NCBI RefSeq assembly: GCF_004010195.1 | Contig: NC_057715.1 | Coordinates: 24,301,042-24,365,041 of the forward strand | Direction: 5' to 3' | From: Chiloscyllium plagiosum | Taxonomy: Eukaryota | Length of the DNA: 64,000 nucleotides | In this document: positions 39,940 through 53,850 of the stretch, in pieces | How the letters are laid out: each line of letters opens with the position of its first letter | How positions within the stretch are numbered: position 1 is the stretch's first letter | Program-made: the position numbers and the translations under genes | The notes under the pieces: model-generated | What the model was told of the DNA's origin: nothing | Database searches by the model: none | The model's input: the letters and a program-made list of their open reading frames with translations, nothing else

Positions 39940-41020
39940 GCTAGAGGTTATAAAAAGAATAAAAGGATAAAACTAAAGGTTTTATGTAGCATGTAGAATT
40001 CAGAACAAAACAGTAAGTGTAAATAGCAATAAATAAGTACAATCTGATAGCCATTACAGAGACATGGATGTTATAAATTGTGATCCGAATATTGAAGGGC
40101 ACGAGACATCTTGGAAGGACAAGAAGTGAGGAAAAGGTAGAAAATTAACTCTGTTAATTAATGATAACATTAGTATAATACAGAGGGATAGCCTATGTTC
40201 ATGAAACCAGAATGAGAACATGGATTTGGTGAATATGAAAATTATAAAGGAAAAACGTCACTGATGTGAGTGATGTACTGGTGCACTAACAGTAGTCACA
40301 TAGAAAGATGTTGAATAAAGAAATAAATAATGAGAGCTTGACAGAAAGAATGGTGATAATCAGAGGAGATATTATTCTACATTTGGATAGGAAAAAATAG
40401 GTGGACAAAGGTAGCTAAAAGAAAAGTTCAAAGAATATTTTTGAGATAGTTTCTTAGAATAGCATGTTAGGAAGTTAATTGTTAGCAGGTTTTGCTAGAC
40501 CTGGTATTGTTCAAAGAAATTGGATTTACTAATGACCTTATGGAGAAGGCACTCTGTGGGTAGCAACGTTCACAAATGATTGAATGTTTAATGCAGTTTG
40601 AGGGAGAAAAGAGTGGGTCAAAGATGAGTATTTCAAAGTAATTAACAATAATTATGAGACATGAAACCAGATCAAGCTAAAGTGAACTGACAAATTAAAC
40701 TGAAATAGGTCAATAGAGATGCAATGGCAGACATTTAAGAGGATATTACATAATACACAGATTAGATAGGTTGCAATAGGAAAAGAAAGGAATCTTCCAA
40801 GGGGAGGATCCACCATCTATGGTTAAGAAGAAATTTCAAAGTAATAGGAAAAGCACATAATTTTGCAAAGGTGAGAGGCAGATCAGAAGAAAAAGAATTA
40901 ACACAGTGAACATTGCTCCTACAGAAAATGTATCTGGGGAAGTAATCCAGGAAAACAAGGAGATGGCAGATCCATTGAACTGATACTTTGTATCAACCTT
41001 CACTGTAAAAGGATACGAGT
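39940..41020 (+). mobile_element. Heavily decayed CR1 ORF2 5' (APE endonuclease) region
   Basis: atagccattacagagacatgg (IAITETW), ctagacctggtattg (LDLVL); purine-rich like 22330-23030. Confidence 0.65.
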
Positions 41021-41029
41021 AACACACCA

Positions 41030-41132
41030 GTTCTAATGAAGAGTCACTAGACTCAAAATGTTCACTCTGCTTTCTCTCAACAGATGCTGCCAAACCTGCT
41101 GAGTTTCTCTAACAATTTCTGTTTTTGTATTT
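41030..41132 (+). mobile_element. Penelope-derived short element family C, decayed hammerhead
   Basis: ctaatga-a-GAGTC(ACTA)GACTC-aaaa-tgtt, then cagatgctgccaaacctgctgagtttct. Confidence 0.7.
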
Positions 41133-41899
41133 AATAAAGAGACTTTATTCTGATGGAAGTTAGTCTATGCAAGTATAGTAGGAGATTGTATGTACAGTAG
41201 GAGATTGTAAGTGCAGTAGGATTACTGAAACCTAGTTTCACCACCCATACCCCTCTACCCTATCTCCTACATCACCCAAGAAGCATTGCACATAAGAGCT
41301 TGTTGGTGAATACTTACAGGTCAAGATGAGAGAAAACCAGCTCCCTGCCCTTATGCAGCATATGAGCCCTTGGTTTAACTTTGGACAGTGTGGTCTACAG
41401 GTTTTTTTTTCAGGTCATCTGTGATCACTTCTGCTTCATAGAGATGACTATGACCAATCTGTAATAACCAATGTCCTGTTCAAAACTACATGTGATCAGG
41501 ATTTGTATCACACACAATTGGACACTGCAAATGTTTCTGATGCATGATTCTATGATTAAAGGTATCTTTAGCCTGTACAGTCTTAGAGCCTGATTAATGC
41601 ATTTTCCCTTTGAAGGAAGTGGAAAATGTATGCTCCGACAAATAAAAAGACAATCACTCCACCAGCTCTGGGTGTGATCATAGATATTTTACATTTCCAT
41701 TGTGCATTTATGATTCTTCTTAAATTGGAAAGTATCAGAGAGAGTGAGGAGCGGGCACAGCCTGGTAATCAGAGGCCTCCCAAATCCCCATGATCCTTTT
41801 ACTGTCTGATCCCTGTTGACTGCATCAATACTGAGCTTCCACACATTCCCACTCAACTCTTGCATTTACATCTTACCTCTCAAAATAATCCCCTGAGCC

Positions 41900-42800
41900 C
41901 CAGCCCTATAGCTTCGTCACACAACCAATTATTCTTCGTCTGCCCTTCCTTGAAAGTCAGGTTGATTGTGACCATTGAAGACATCTCCTCCTCCTCCATA
42001 ATCGCATATCCCCCAGTATAATATTGTCTTGTGCCCATAATTACTGACTTGCCCCCTCCATCAAAATTATTGTCTCTTTTGCATCCCAGCAATTTGCCTC
42101 CAATCTGCACAATTCACTTCCCCAATTCACTACCACAACAGTGGCCTTTGATAACTTTCCATAATTGTCATTGAGCTGACCCTTCTGGCAGGTCATGGCT
42201 CATCCTCTGACCAACTTGGGTGGACAGTCCTGACCGTTGAGGGATTGGGCACCAGAGTGATCTCTATGCAGCTCTCTGACTGACTTACGGCAAATTAGTT
42301 GCACTGAAACTGCAGAAATGACCATGGCCCACTCCCCAGACTGTAAGGCTATGGATTCCCTGTTCCTGAGTGGTCGAAGCAACCAACTGAAAGTGTCAAA
42401 GTTCCTTGACTGAGATTAGACAATGCTGTTAATTAACTGCATTCCTGACTCTGTGAGCAAAGTGTGTTGGCAGCAGCATTAAAATGAAAGGTGCCAGTTC
42501 ACTCCAAAATACAGCATTGGAGTGTGTTGGAGAAAAGTCATGAAGATGCAGTGAGCTGGTGTGTGCCTGATCCCAATGTCTGTGGATGACGGGTGTGAAC
42601 AGTTGTTGTCCGTGGAGCTCAATTGAGATGTATACGACTACTGTTGGAGATGGAGGCCCCAAGGAGCACACAGTGAGGTAGATCTGCCAAGTACCTACTC
42701 TGACATTCATATCAGGCACTGTGTCTACCCAGTTCCTCTCTAGCAGGTGGGGGAAGATGAAAATGCATATCAATGACCAGAGCTACTAGGCCTCACGCAA
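41900..42800 (-). mobile_element. Possible ancient retroviral/LTR integrase remnant
   Basis: Minus-strand pieces in integrase order: LVID..WVDTVP..GPP..HGQQLFT..WSELAPFILM..LQSGEWAMV; very degraded. Confidence 0.4.
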
Positions 42801-43423
42801 CATGGTTTCAGAATCAAACTTGGTTTCAGTCAATATTGAGAACATTGTAACTGCTGATCTCACTATATTTTCCCAAGCATGCCCACATTGTTTAGGGGCT
42901 GAGGAGATTCTACCCATCATTTCCAATAAGTGTTCAGGTTCACCACTATGATTGGTGAAGTTTATGTAATTTCTGGTTCCAGTTGAGGATCTGGAATGAC
43001 TTTATTTGAACTGGCTTCACTGAGAAAGTCATCCTTTTGTTTTCTTTTTCACATGATGTCTAGGATGCTGTTTGCAGAAAGACAAAAGTCAGCATCGTAA
43101 TTCTGCAGAATTGCACTCTGCGTGTTATTGCTGATAATGTATACTACTGAGAAAATGTATTACTGATCATATTAAGGTTACAGTGAATTACAGGCATGTA
43201 AAGATGTGCATTTTTGTTCAATTTTGAATGTTAGTCTCTTGGGATGCAACATAAGATACCAGGAAGTGTATAAGTTGTGAATGATCATTCATATCTGAAG
43301 TATAACATGTGATTTTATTTTATGGCTTCATTGGTATATGGTGGATTATTTAATGTGTAAAGTTTATCTTGAGGTAACATGCATGTATGCACCATATAGC
43401 CAGATTTCACACAATTATTATAG

Positions 43424-43522
43424 CAAAATACACAAACTGAAGGGACAGCTTTTTTTCTAAAAGGCACTGATTCAGAGTCGGAAAGTGACTCAGAAGATTC
43501 ATTGCCACATTTGAGTAGAAAG
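43424..43522 (+). CDS. Candidate internal exon (99 nt, phase 0-0): QNTQTEGTAFFLKGTDSESESDSEDSLPHLSRK
   Basis: tag| acceptor (weak pyrimidine tract), strong donor aag|gtgagc, 33 open codons, and a protein-like acidic/Ser tract encoded by varied synonymous codons. Confidence 0.6.
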
Positions 43523-46139
43523 GTGAGCACAGCAACTTGGTTCCCCGGATATACATTGAAGGTTCAATCAAGTTAAATGCTTCAATTTAATTCTAATAAA
43601 CTTAAAAGTAAATTATGAAAACAAGGTTAAAGGTGTCAGCATGTACAAACCTGTGAGTTTGTTTTAACAGCTGAATTAATGTCAAGAAGTTGTGTAAGTG
43701 TAATAGAATGGACATAGATTTTAAACATTGTGTGTTTTTCCAAAGGGTTTACCAACCCAATCTATCACTTAGAGAGGTGTGCTCCCAGCATAGTGTGAAT
43801 ACTCTAAACATAAGCAAGATTTACACTAGCCATTTTGCATTATGTTATTGAATCAGGATGATTTGAACTGAATGCCTTTGGCAGTGCTTTTGCTCTCTAT
43901 TTAGGTCCATTTCAGCACATATGTTGGATGGTACTAAACTATTAGCCCAGACTGATATGTCTGTTCTTTTTGCCGATCAATAAAAGGAAAACAGACTCAA
44001 AGAATACCATTAAAGTGCAACTCATACATCTCTGATCTGCAACCTGCCTAAATCACCCAGATTTTAAAAGCTATGTGCTTTTTTGAAGTCAAATTAGGGC
44101 AGTTCTGCACAGTGTACATCAGAAATTTCACTTCACTTCAGCTGCCAAAAGACAATAAATGTGAATTTTCAGCTACAGTGAACAGGGGCTCCTGTCTAGT
44201 TAACAGCTAACCATGGAAGTGAGATCCATGGTGCATGCACTGCAGACAGTAATAATGCATAGATTTAGAATATCCCTACTGAGTCCTCTCTTCAATAGAT
44301 GATCCAAATCAAAATGTGATGAGTCTTCATGTAAAAATGCTGATTTGAATTTGATTTGGAATACATGTCATCCTCAATTAGCCTTTGCTTCATCAAAATG
44401 ATCCTGCAAACACATAGAATGAATCTTTATTTCCTCTATTCCACATGGGAGGCTATTTGTCAGATTTAATATATTTCTACTCACGCTTTCCTGCATGTGC
44501 CTAGATTTCAGATCATTGGCTGAAAAATCTTAAATATGTTTTAGAAAAATAATCATAGCCATAAATTGCTGCTCTTTGTAGCATTAGATGAAAGATAGTC
44601 TGAACCACAAACACAAAACATAGCCTTTCTTTTGTGAACTGAGTCTTTTTATAGGTTTCTTCATTCAATAAAAGTGACTGTTTCCTGGAGGCAAATGCAT
44701 TAGGCATGCTTCTTCAATCTGAAGCAAGCCCTTCATCATAATTATACATCTGAAAATTATTATGAAATTTAGAGAATGACAAAGTATTCAGAATTGTTTA
44801 GATGTTAAATGCCTGAAATGTTTAAAGTCTATTTTGGTTTGCAAAGATCAATGAAGAATAATCACATTATTTATTTTTCCTTTTGAGATTTCTCTTCAAA
44901 TATTTGCTGTGACTTTCCAGCAAAAATAAAACTTTCATGTTCATCGAGAATCCAAAGTCGTTTGCTTCCTAAGGAATTTAACTGATGTGATTTGCCTGAT
45001 GCCTTGACCAATATTAGAACAACTGACATGTGATCATTGCGTAAGATCATAACATAATCTTAGGCAACATAATTATCAAAAAATATTAATTGTATGTATC
45101 CAGTAAAATTTTTATCCAACCACAAATACAAAGGGAGACAAATGCAATGACATTTTCAGGCAGTGAACAAATAATTTGCCTTGCTTTTCACTTGAATGAG
45201 ACAAAAGCGCTAATACTTTGGGAGTCAGTCAAAGTTTTTAACAATATAAACTACATATTATAAATTTTGTGTAAAAGGTTTTAGGGTTAGGCAAAAATTA
45301 CAAAGCTTTTTCTAATTTTGATTCTGGGCTTATTGTAACTTGTATGACAGTAATATTAGATTATTTAAAGGTTACTGCCATAGGTTAGTGCGTTTATTTA
45401 TTCATTATAATACACCAACAATATTGAGTGATGCTGTGGAAAGGTGCACCATGTAGTTTCTAAACAATATTATTGGGCTCTCCATTGAGTAACAGCGCAT
45501 TTAGCAGTACTTGAAAGAAGAAAATGGTGCAGGGCCCAATCAACCAATGATTACATATGTTTAGATGAGGGAAAAGGAGCAAAACATCTGACCTAAATAA
45601 ATAGTGGCATGACCTCCACAAATCAGGATTCAAGAACATCTCACACCCAGAAGTTTTATTGATGGTTGAATAGTTTCATCATGGACAGAATGTGAAGTGA
45701 ATGGACTTGCAAATGATCTGATAGAAATCTGAAACAAAAGAAGATATTTGAGAAAGCTGGAAAAAGGTCAAGAGATTTTTTTTAATGAGGTTAGATGACC
45801 ACAGATATGTCTATTACTGAGGTGGTTTGAAATTGAGAAGCAACTGATAGATATGTTTTCGTGTCCATGCTAATTATCTGATGCCAGATAATTTTGTCCC
45901 CAAAATGTGATTCAGGAATTTGCCAACAGTAAGTATGACATTCCAATGGTTCTGTTCTTTAGTTTGTTGTATATCTTAATCAGGATGATCAATTAGCTAA
46001 TGTTTCAACAATGCTGTGATTTATTCTGGATCATTAAATAACATCACATGCCATTTTTCTACATTCCAATTCTATATAGCCATTTATTCTTTATTCATCT
46101 TATATGTGATTTCTTTGCATTAGCTTTCTTGCATTCCTA

Positions 46140-46440
46140 GTCAACCTTCTTTGAGTGTTCTCTGTGGTAAGAAGTTCCAAAGAATCACAACCCTCTGAGA
46201 GAAGAAATTCCTCCTCATTTTAGTCTTAAATTGATGCCTCTTTATTCTGACACTATGTCCTCAGGCCCTAAACTCTTTATGAGGAGAAATACCCTCTCAG
46301 CATTTACCCTGTTTTGCCCCTTAAGAATCCAATAAGTTTCAATGAGATAATCTTTCATTCTTCTAAAGTCGGACGAGTCAAGTCCCAACTTGTTTAACTT
46401 TTGCTCATAAGACAATTTGCACTTACTGGGGATCATATTA
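46140..46440 (-). mobile_element. CR1 LINE 3' fragment
   Basis: ORF 46242-46454 LSYEQKLNKLGL..RRMKDYLIETYWILKG. Confidence 0.8.
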
Positions 46441-49158
46441 GTGAATGTAGTCAAGGCTGTCTCATAGGTCCCTTATTACTCACTGACTTGCACCTACTTA
46501 GAAACTCACAGCATCCTCACTTTGCCTTGCTATGTATTTCAGCACTTTTCCCACTCAGTTGCAATTTAATAGCACACAATACCACTGAGTTACTTCACTG
46601 TTTAGCACAGACAAAAAGGAGGAATACTGGTTAGCAGTCATAGTCTAGAGTGTGAACACTTTGTTGCAGACTACAATACTACATTAATCCCACACCAGCA
46701 CCATGTGCCAGAAATATATGGAGTTAACACACTACCCCAACAATATATATAACAAACAGCTATATCTCAAAATGTAAGAGGACTGATTTTCAGTGAAGTC
46801 CAGTGTGTCATCTTCAATCATCAGGTCCTGGCGCAGTAAGTCGAGAGTAGCCTTTGAGATCAGTCTAGGAGGTAAGTCTCAGTCTGTCAGCTTCCCAGGA
46901 TGGTCAGAGTAGGAATCCTCTGCTGAAGAGCTAAATGTCAGGCACCGACCACCAGCACATCACTCTCTTTTTATCCTGTTGTGGACTGTTTTCTCCTGGA
47001 ATGAGAGAAGGACTGATGTTAAGTGAGTTGGTAGTTGGTGATACAGCTGTCAGTTTGGGTGCAGGTGGAGGAAAAGTGGTTAGGAGTTTCAAGTGAGTGA
47101 GTAGACAGCACAGAGGCCACCTGGGCTTAGTGGTGTCGGGAGTTGGGCCAGGTGAGTGAGGATAGATGTTGTGTCCAATAATGAGAATAGCAGAGCATGA
47201 GCCTTGATCGGTGCAGAGATTGTGATTGTGAAATAGCAGAGAGAAGATGTTGGCACTTACAGTGGTAATGCTGAGGAGATAAAGTATCTTCTTCCTACAG
47301 TACTGGGCATTCTTTCAGATGGCTGAGACTGCATTGACTCAGGTGGAAGCTTCAGACTACTCTGATGTCACAGCCTTCCTTGACACTCCTGTGGGAACAG
47401 AATGTCCCTTCTCTGTACATCTAGCGCCCAAGGACTTCTAAGTCCCTGTCCACAAAGTTGGGCAGCAATTTCCTCTTATCTGCCATGTCCAAAGCAAATG
47501 GTACAAATCATGCAGTGCACCTCCACATTAACCACACTTGATTAGGTGCACAACGTTGCATTAACCCATCTGGATAAAAATACTTCCTGATATGTTCAGT
47601 GGGAAAATTGGACGAACCTCAGACGTAAGGGCGGTGGTAAGTAGTTAATAAGGCAGGTTTAGGATGATTGAAGATGGATTATTCACTAGCCATCAAGTGG
47701 GACTGTGAAGAGAAACCCTCCATGAATCTCAGTCCTTTCCCAAATCCAGCACAGTCAGAAATGAAGCTCCAAATTCTTTCTATCACACGACTGACCTGTT
47801 ACTCTTACTGTTCTACTCTTACGGTCTGCCGTTGGTGTGTTTTGGAAGGATAAACAGGTTGATAATCAACCTGTCTGGTCACATTATGAAAGCACTGTCC
47901 TTGGCATCAACTTCTGGAGTGGAATTTGAACTCAGAATTTTTGGCTCTGTGACAGAAATGCTAACAGTTCACCACAAGGACCTCCCCCATTTAAATATAT
48001 TGTAAACAGACTTTGTTGCTGGAAAATTAGCAATTTGTTTTAGTTCTGTCCCATTTCCAATATATTGGAGATACCATGGTGTCACTGGGAATTCTGCAGG
48101 TTTTAATACCATGCTAAAATTAACATATTTATGCGCCAATAGTGGCGAGACACTTGTAGATGGTAACTAGCGTGTTGTTAAACTCATTGAACGGTGCAAA
48201 CATTAGCATTTACAAGGATAAGAATGGACGATTAATCTGCTGCTGACATTTGTGTTGTGTGTATGGATTGCAGAATGATACGTTTTAAGAAAAATTATCT
48301 TACTTATGCATGCAGCTTTCAAAAAGAAAATGAATTGCTTGGGATTAAATTGATTTTCTTGTTTTTGCCTCTACATTTAAAGTCATAAATACATTTACTC
48401 TTTATATATATGAATCTAATATATACATACATATAATATGAAATTTTATATTTGAGAGCAGTGAATCAAATGTCAAAATGTCCAGTCTAGGCTTTTAGCA
48501 GAATATTGAACTATCTTGTTACTCACTGTTAAATATGCAGTCAACCAGAGTGGAATGCTTAAATGTGCTGAATACCTCCTAACTCATCAAGTGCAAATGG
48601 AAAATCTTTCAATTTAATCTTTCTCAGCAGCATCAGTACTCAAGCAATTTTTTTTTGCAATAAAAGTAAGCACTTAGGGCAAAACCAACACAATCTATGT
48701 GACTTGATATCTCAGTGCTGGTAGACAACACTTTCTCTGGACTTCTGTTTTGTCTTGCAGTTTATTACGGGGATCACCAGTTTGTGTGTACATCAGTTTG
48801 AGTTTGTTTATTAGCCACATAAAAGCATTAATACAAAATGTATGTGTTCAACATAGGTCAATTCATACAATTGTCCCAAAAATGCTCTATGAAGCATGAA
48901 CATCAGCAGGACCACAAATTAGCTACCATGAGGATCTGTTACACTGAAGTCTCTTTTATGCTCAAAATATAATAAGCGGATAATTATTGAACACAGTTAG
49001 CATCTTTAAGACAATTGCTTGAAGCACAAACTTATCATTTTGTGCATAAAATATACATATATTCTGACTCACCATCTTCAATGCTGAGCACTGATTTTTT
49101 TTTGATAAAATTCATAAATAAAGAATGCCTTTAGAATTTGCATTATTTTATATTTCAG

Positions 49159-49278
49159 TTGCCCCATCCGATCACAGTAGTGCTGACAACAGCAGCAAGT
49201 CCAGGGACACAGCTCCAGCCCTGTATGACCTCATCTAACCAGTTGTCATCGATGGAACTGGAAAATGAGCATCAATGA
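49159..49278 (+). CDS. Possible terminal exon (phase 0: LPHPITVVLTTAASPGTQLQPCMTSSNQLSSMELENEHQ*; phase 1 alternative stops at 49238)
   Basis: Good acceptor ttattttatatttcag and an abrupt GC rise; no homology recognised. Confidence 0.3.
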   Translation: MPHPITVVLTTAASPGTQLQPCMTSSNQLSSMELENEHQ

Positions 49279-49369
49279 ATAATGTAACTATGGGTGCCAT
49301 TATAGAAAAGCGAGTCAACACATGTTTTTCCTAGTACATGCTTCCACGCATGGGAACCTTAGGCTGGGT

Positions 49370-50145
49370 GTCACTGTTGTTCACACTTGCTTTTGAATCA
49401 CAAGGTTTTTGAGTTCAACTCTCTCTCTGGAACATGAGCACAGAACTCAACATTGCCACTCCAGGATAGTACTGAGGGAACACTAGTCTTTTGGACAGGT
49501 TGTTAACCTGAGGCCTTGCCTGCACTCTGAGTTGGATATACAGTGTGCTATTTCAAGGAAGAACAGGGAAGATATTCTCAGTGTACTAAACAACATTTCA
49601 TGCTCACTTCACATTAACAAATCATATTATCATAGAATCCCTACAGTGTGGAAGCAGGCCATTCAACCCATCAAGTCACATTGACCCTCTGAACAGCAAG
49701 CCACCCAGACCCCCTCTCCTACCCTAGAGCGCTGCATTTCCTATGGCTAATCCACTCAGCCTGCACATCTCTGGATGCAATGGCGCAATTTAGCATGGCC
49801 AAACAACCTAACCTGCACATCTTTGGACTGTGGAAGGAAACCAGAGCACTTAGGAGAAACCCACACAAGCAAGGGCAGAATGTGTAAACTCCACACAGAC
49901 AGTTGCCCAAGGCTGGAATTGAACCCAGGTCCCTGACACAGTGAGGTAGCAGTGCTAACCACTGAGCCGCCATGCCACCCAAATTACTTGAAAATCTTCA
50001 AATTGTTGTTTGTGGGACCTTACTGTGTGCTTCGTGGTGACAATGTTTTCATATCACAAAGAGATATCACTTCAAAAATAATCTGTTGGCAGTAATGTTT
50101 TCTGATATCTCCAGTGACCATGAAAGATGCCATATAAAAGCAAAC
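49370..50145 (+). mobile_element. Old Deu-domain SINE split by an HE1 insertion
   Basis: gtactgaggga..tgctatttcaaggaagaacaggg..[HE1]..gtttgtgggaccttactgtgtgc..cacttcaaaa. Confidence 0.65.
49631..49980 (-). mobile_element. HE1-type SINE
   Basis: Full head (gggtggcatggcggctcagtggttagcactgct on minus), core and tail. Confidence 0.92.
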
Positions 50146-50394
50146 CTCTCACAAGAAAACAAGAATTAGGAGCAGGAAAAGGCAACTTGAACCTCATCCA
50201 CCAATCAATAAGCTGATCTGATTGTGGCCCTGCCTGACAGCTCACTTTTACCCTTGACTCCCTTCTCAGTCAAGAGTCTATCAAACTTGGCCCTGAGTAT
50301 ATTTCCATACTCTCTTTTGTTCTTCCTCTTTTTCTGAAACTGTACCGAATGAGTTAAAATCGCACCCATATATTCTGTTTTCATCTTGTAAAAG

Positions 50395-50427
50395 TTACAT
50401 GAGTTGGAAAATACAGTTTTCATTAAG
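50395..50427 (+). CDS. Possible 33-nt microexon (phase 0-0): LHELENTVFIK
   Basis: ttctgttttcatcttgtaaaag acceptor and perfect aag|gtaagt donor; too short to be decisive. Confidence 0.25.
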
Positions 50428-50989
50428 GTAAGTGCTAGAAAATGGAATATTTCCAGTTTAAAATTGCAGTATCAGTATCAAGCTGACCCAGGTTATTTAT
50501 AACAGCGGTTACATCCAAAATAAAGCTCCTCTCAATCTGAGCCAATAATGTGCTCATCCTCATAGAGACTTTTTTTTATTTATTGCACACGCTACTGCTT
50601 TTTATGATGTTATGGGTGATAGAGTTAGATTCAGTCCACCCTTTGCTCAGTTATGAGCAGTGTGAAGCTCACAACTTCTCAGTCAAAAGTATTCTGAAAT
50701 GATTTATATACGACAATTGTGGATGATAGAATAGCAGTGGAACCAGCAATCTGGGACTGGGAGAGGAGGAAAGGATACATTCACAAATATAGAGCAAAGC
50801 CTGGAATTGGCAGTTGATCACAAATTTAGTGAATGCGGAAGTTCCTTCTGCACTCCCTACACCATCTTTTACAGGTAGGTCCCAGTCTTGTTTAGTAATT
50901 TAATCCAGCACAGTTTAACTAGGTCTAGTTGAAGGCTGGCGACTTCTGTTGTTGGCCCAAAATTGATCCCAAACAGAATTACTTTCAAA

Positions 50990-53850
50990 AGAACAAAAGA
51001 GAAGTACAGCAATGGGCAGGCCCTTTTGCCCTCCAAGCCTGCGCTGATCATCATGTCCCAACTAAACTAAAATACAAACCTTCTGCCCTCATTCTGTCCA
51101 TATCCCTCTATTCTTTCCCGTTCATGTAACCATCCAGATGCCTCTTAAATGTCACCAAAGTGCCTGCTTCTACCAGCTCTTCTGCCAGTGCCTTCCAGGC
51201 TCCTACCACTCTCGTACATCTCTATTAAACTTTCCCCCTCTCACCTTGAACCTGTACCCCCTTGTAATTGAAACTTCAACCCTGGGAAAAAGCCTCTGAC
51301 GACCTACCCTATCTATGCCTCTCATAACTTTGTATCATTTGGAGGTGCCGGTGTTGGACTGGGGGTATACAAGGTTAAAAATCACACACCACCAGGTTAT
51401 AGTCCAACAGGTTTATTTGGAAGCACTGGTTTTTGGAGCGCTGCTCCTTCATGAGGTGGTAAGGACCAGCACTCCAAAAGCTAGTGCTTCCAAATAAACC
51501 TGTTGGACTATAACCTGATGTTGTGTGATTTTTAACATTATTTTGTTAACCTCTATCAGGTCACCTCTCTGCTGCCATATTTCCAACAAAAACAATCCTA
51601 CTCTTTTTAACCTTTCCTCAAAGCCAATGTCCTCGAGACCAGACAATGTATTGGTGAACCTTCTCTGCATTCTCTCCAAAGCTTCCACACACTTCTGGTA
51701 GTGTGGCGATCAAAACTGTACACAATACTCCAAATAAGAGTTTTATACAGCTACAACACGGTTTGTCAACTTTTGAATTCCATGCCCAAGCTGATGAAAG
51801 CAAACATACCATATGCTTTCTTAATCACCTCAGCCACCTGTGTTGCCACTTTTAAGGAACTGTGGACCTGCACCAGATCTTTCTGTATTTTAATGTTCCT
51901 AAGGGTTCTGCCTTTTACAGTATAATTCACACCTGAATTTGATCTTCCAAAATGCACTACTTCGCATTTGCCTGGATTAAATCCCATCTGCCATTTCTGT
52001 GCCCAAATTACCAATCTATCTATATCCTGTTGTATCCTTTCATAATCATCGGCCCTATCAGCAACTCCACCAATCAGACCACCCACATTTTCCTCCAGAT
52101 CATTTATATATACTACAAACAACAGAGAACATAAGACTGATACCTGTGAAATACCACTAGTTACCAGTCTCCACTCTGAAAAACATTCTTCCACCGCTAC
52201 CCTCTGTCTTCTATGACCAAGCCAGTTTTGTATCCATCTCACCAGCCCACCCTGAATCCCATGCGATTTTAGTTTTTGTACCAATCTGCCATGTGGAACT
52301 TTATCAAATGCCTTACTGAAGTCTATATAAACTACATCTATAGCCTTTCCCTCATCAATTATCTTGGTCACCTCTTCAAAAATTTCAATCAGGTTGGTGA
52401 AACATGACCTTCCTCATACAAAACCATGCTGCCTGTCACTAATTAGTCTGTTTTTTTCCAAACATGTGTTTATCTTGTCCCTCAGTATCTTCTCCAAGAG
52501 CTTCCCCACCACAGACATAATGCTCACCAACTTATAACTTCCTGTATTATCCCTTCTTCCTTTCTTAAACAAGGGAACAAAATTGGCTAATCCTCAGTCC
52601 TCGAGAGCCTCACTTATGGTCAAAGAGGATGTGAAGATATCTGCTGATGCCCCAACTATTTCTTCCCTTGCCTCTCGTAGTAACCTGGGATAGATCTCAT
52701 GTAGCCCTGGAGACTTGTCTACCTTAATGCAATTTAGGACACCCAAACCATCCTCCTTCGATATATTGACATTCACTTGAGCATTCACACACTCATTCCT
52801 GACCTCAACATCAGTCATGTCCTTCTCCTTGGTGAATACCAATGCAAAGTACTCATTAAGGATGTCTCCTACTTTCTGTGGCTCCAGGCATAACATCCCT
52901 CCTTTGTCCTTGAGTGGACCCACTCTTTTCCTTGCTACCCTCTTTCTTCTGATACATGAATAAAAAGCCTTGGGATTCTCCTTGACCCTGTTTGCTCATG
53001 ACATTTCACAGCCCCTTTTAGCCTTCATTTTTTCCATATTTAAGTTTCTTTCCAATTTCTCTATACTCCCACAGAGTTTATAGCTGCCTAGATCTATCAT
53101 GTGCTTTCTTTCTTGCTTTGACTAAGCTTGCAATTTCCCTTGTCATCCATGATTCCTAAATCCTGCCATTCCTATTCTCTTGTTTTGCAGGAAAATGTAT
53201 GTCCTGCACTTTAATCAATTGGTCTTTAAAAGACTTGCCCGCAAATAACTGCTCCCAACCCACTTTCTCTGGTTTCTGTCTAATTTGGATACAATTGGCC
53301 CTTGCCCAATTAAGCACCCTCACCAGAGGGTCACTCTTGTCTTTGTCTATGACTACTTGAAATCTTATGGAGTTATGGTCACTAAGCCCAAAATGGTCTC
53401 CTACTGAAACATCAATCACCTGTCTTGGCTCATTCCCCAATACCCAACTCTAGCATGGCCTCCTCTGTGTTGGATTGTCAGCATACTGTCTCAAAGAGCC
53501 CTCCTGGACACATCTAACAAATTGGTCTCCATCTGAGCCCCTGGCTTTAAGGGAGGGAGTCCCAGTCAATAAGAGGCAAGTTGAAGTTAGCCACCAAAAC
53601 TACCCTGCTTTTTTCACACTTTTCCAGTATCTGACTACATATTTGCTCCTCTGTCTATAGAACGCTCCTAACATTGTGATTTCACCCTTCCTCTTCCTGA
53701 GCTCAACCCATAATGCCTCACTGCAAAATCCCTCCAGTGGCTCCTCCCTCAACACAGCTGTAATGTGATCCCGAATTAGCAATGCAACTCCCCCACCCCT
53801 TTTGTTTCCCTTTCTGTCTCATCTAAAACAATGATATTCTGGAAGATGCC
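50990..53850 (-). mobile_element. CR1 LINE ORF2 (APE + RT + 3' end), decayed
   Basis: ORFs 53600-53782 (EALWVEL), 53156-53440 (SDHNSI), 52594-52923, 51766-52371 (YIDFSKAFDKVPH..YINDL..WQMGFN) and 51449-51688 (LERMQRRF). Confidence 0.95.
51334..51536. mobile_element. Penelope family B hairpin inserted into the CR1
   Basis: Tail ggaggtgccggtgttggactgggg, then inverted arms gttaaaaatcacac../..gtgtgatttttaac; CR1 sequence resumes on both sides. Confidence 0.88.

Noticed and set aside
41177-41222. 19-bp tandem repeat (agtaggagattgta..), about 2.3 copies
   Set aside because: Ordinary slippage duplication with no spacers; not CRISPR-like.
44485-44519. 35-nt minus-strand microexon (..NDLKSRHMQES)
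   Set aside because: The splice sites are plausible, but it is too short to distinguish from chance.
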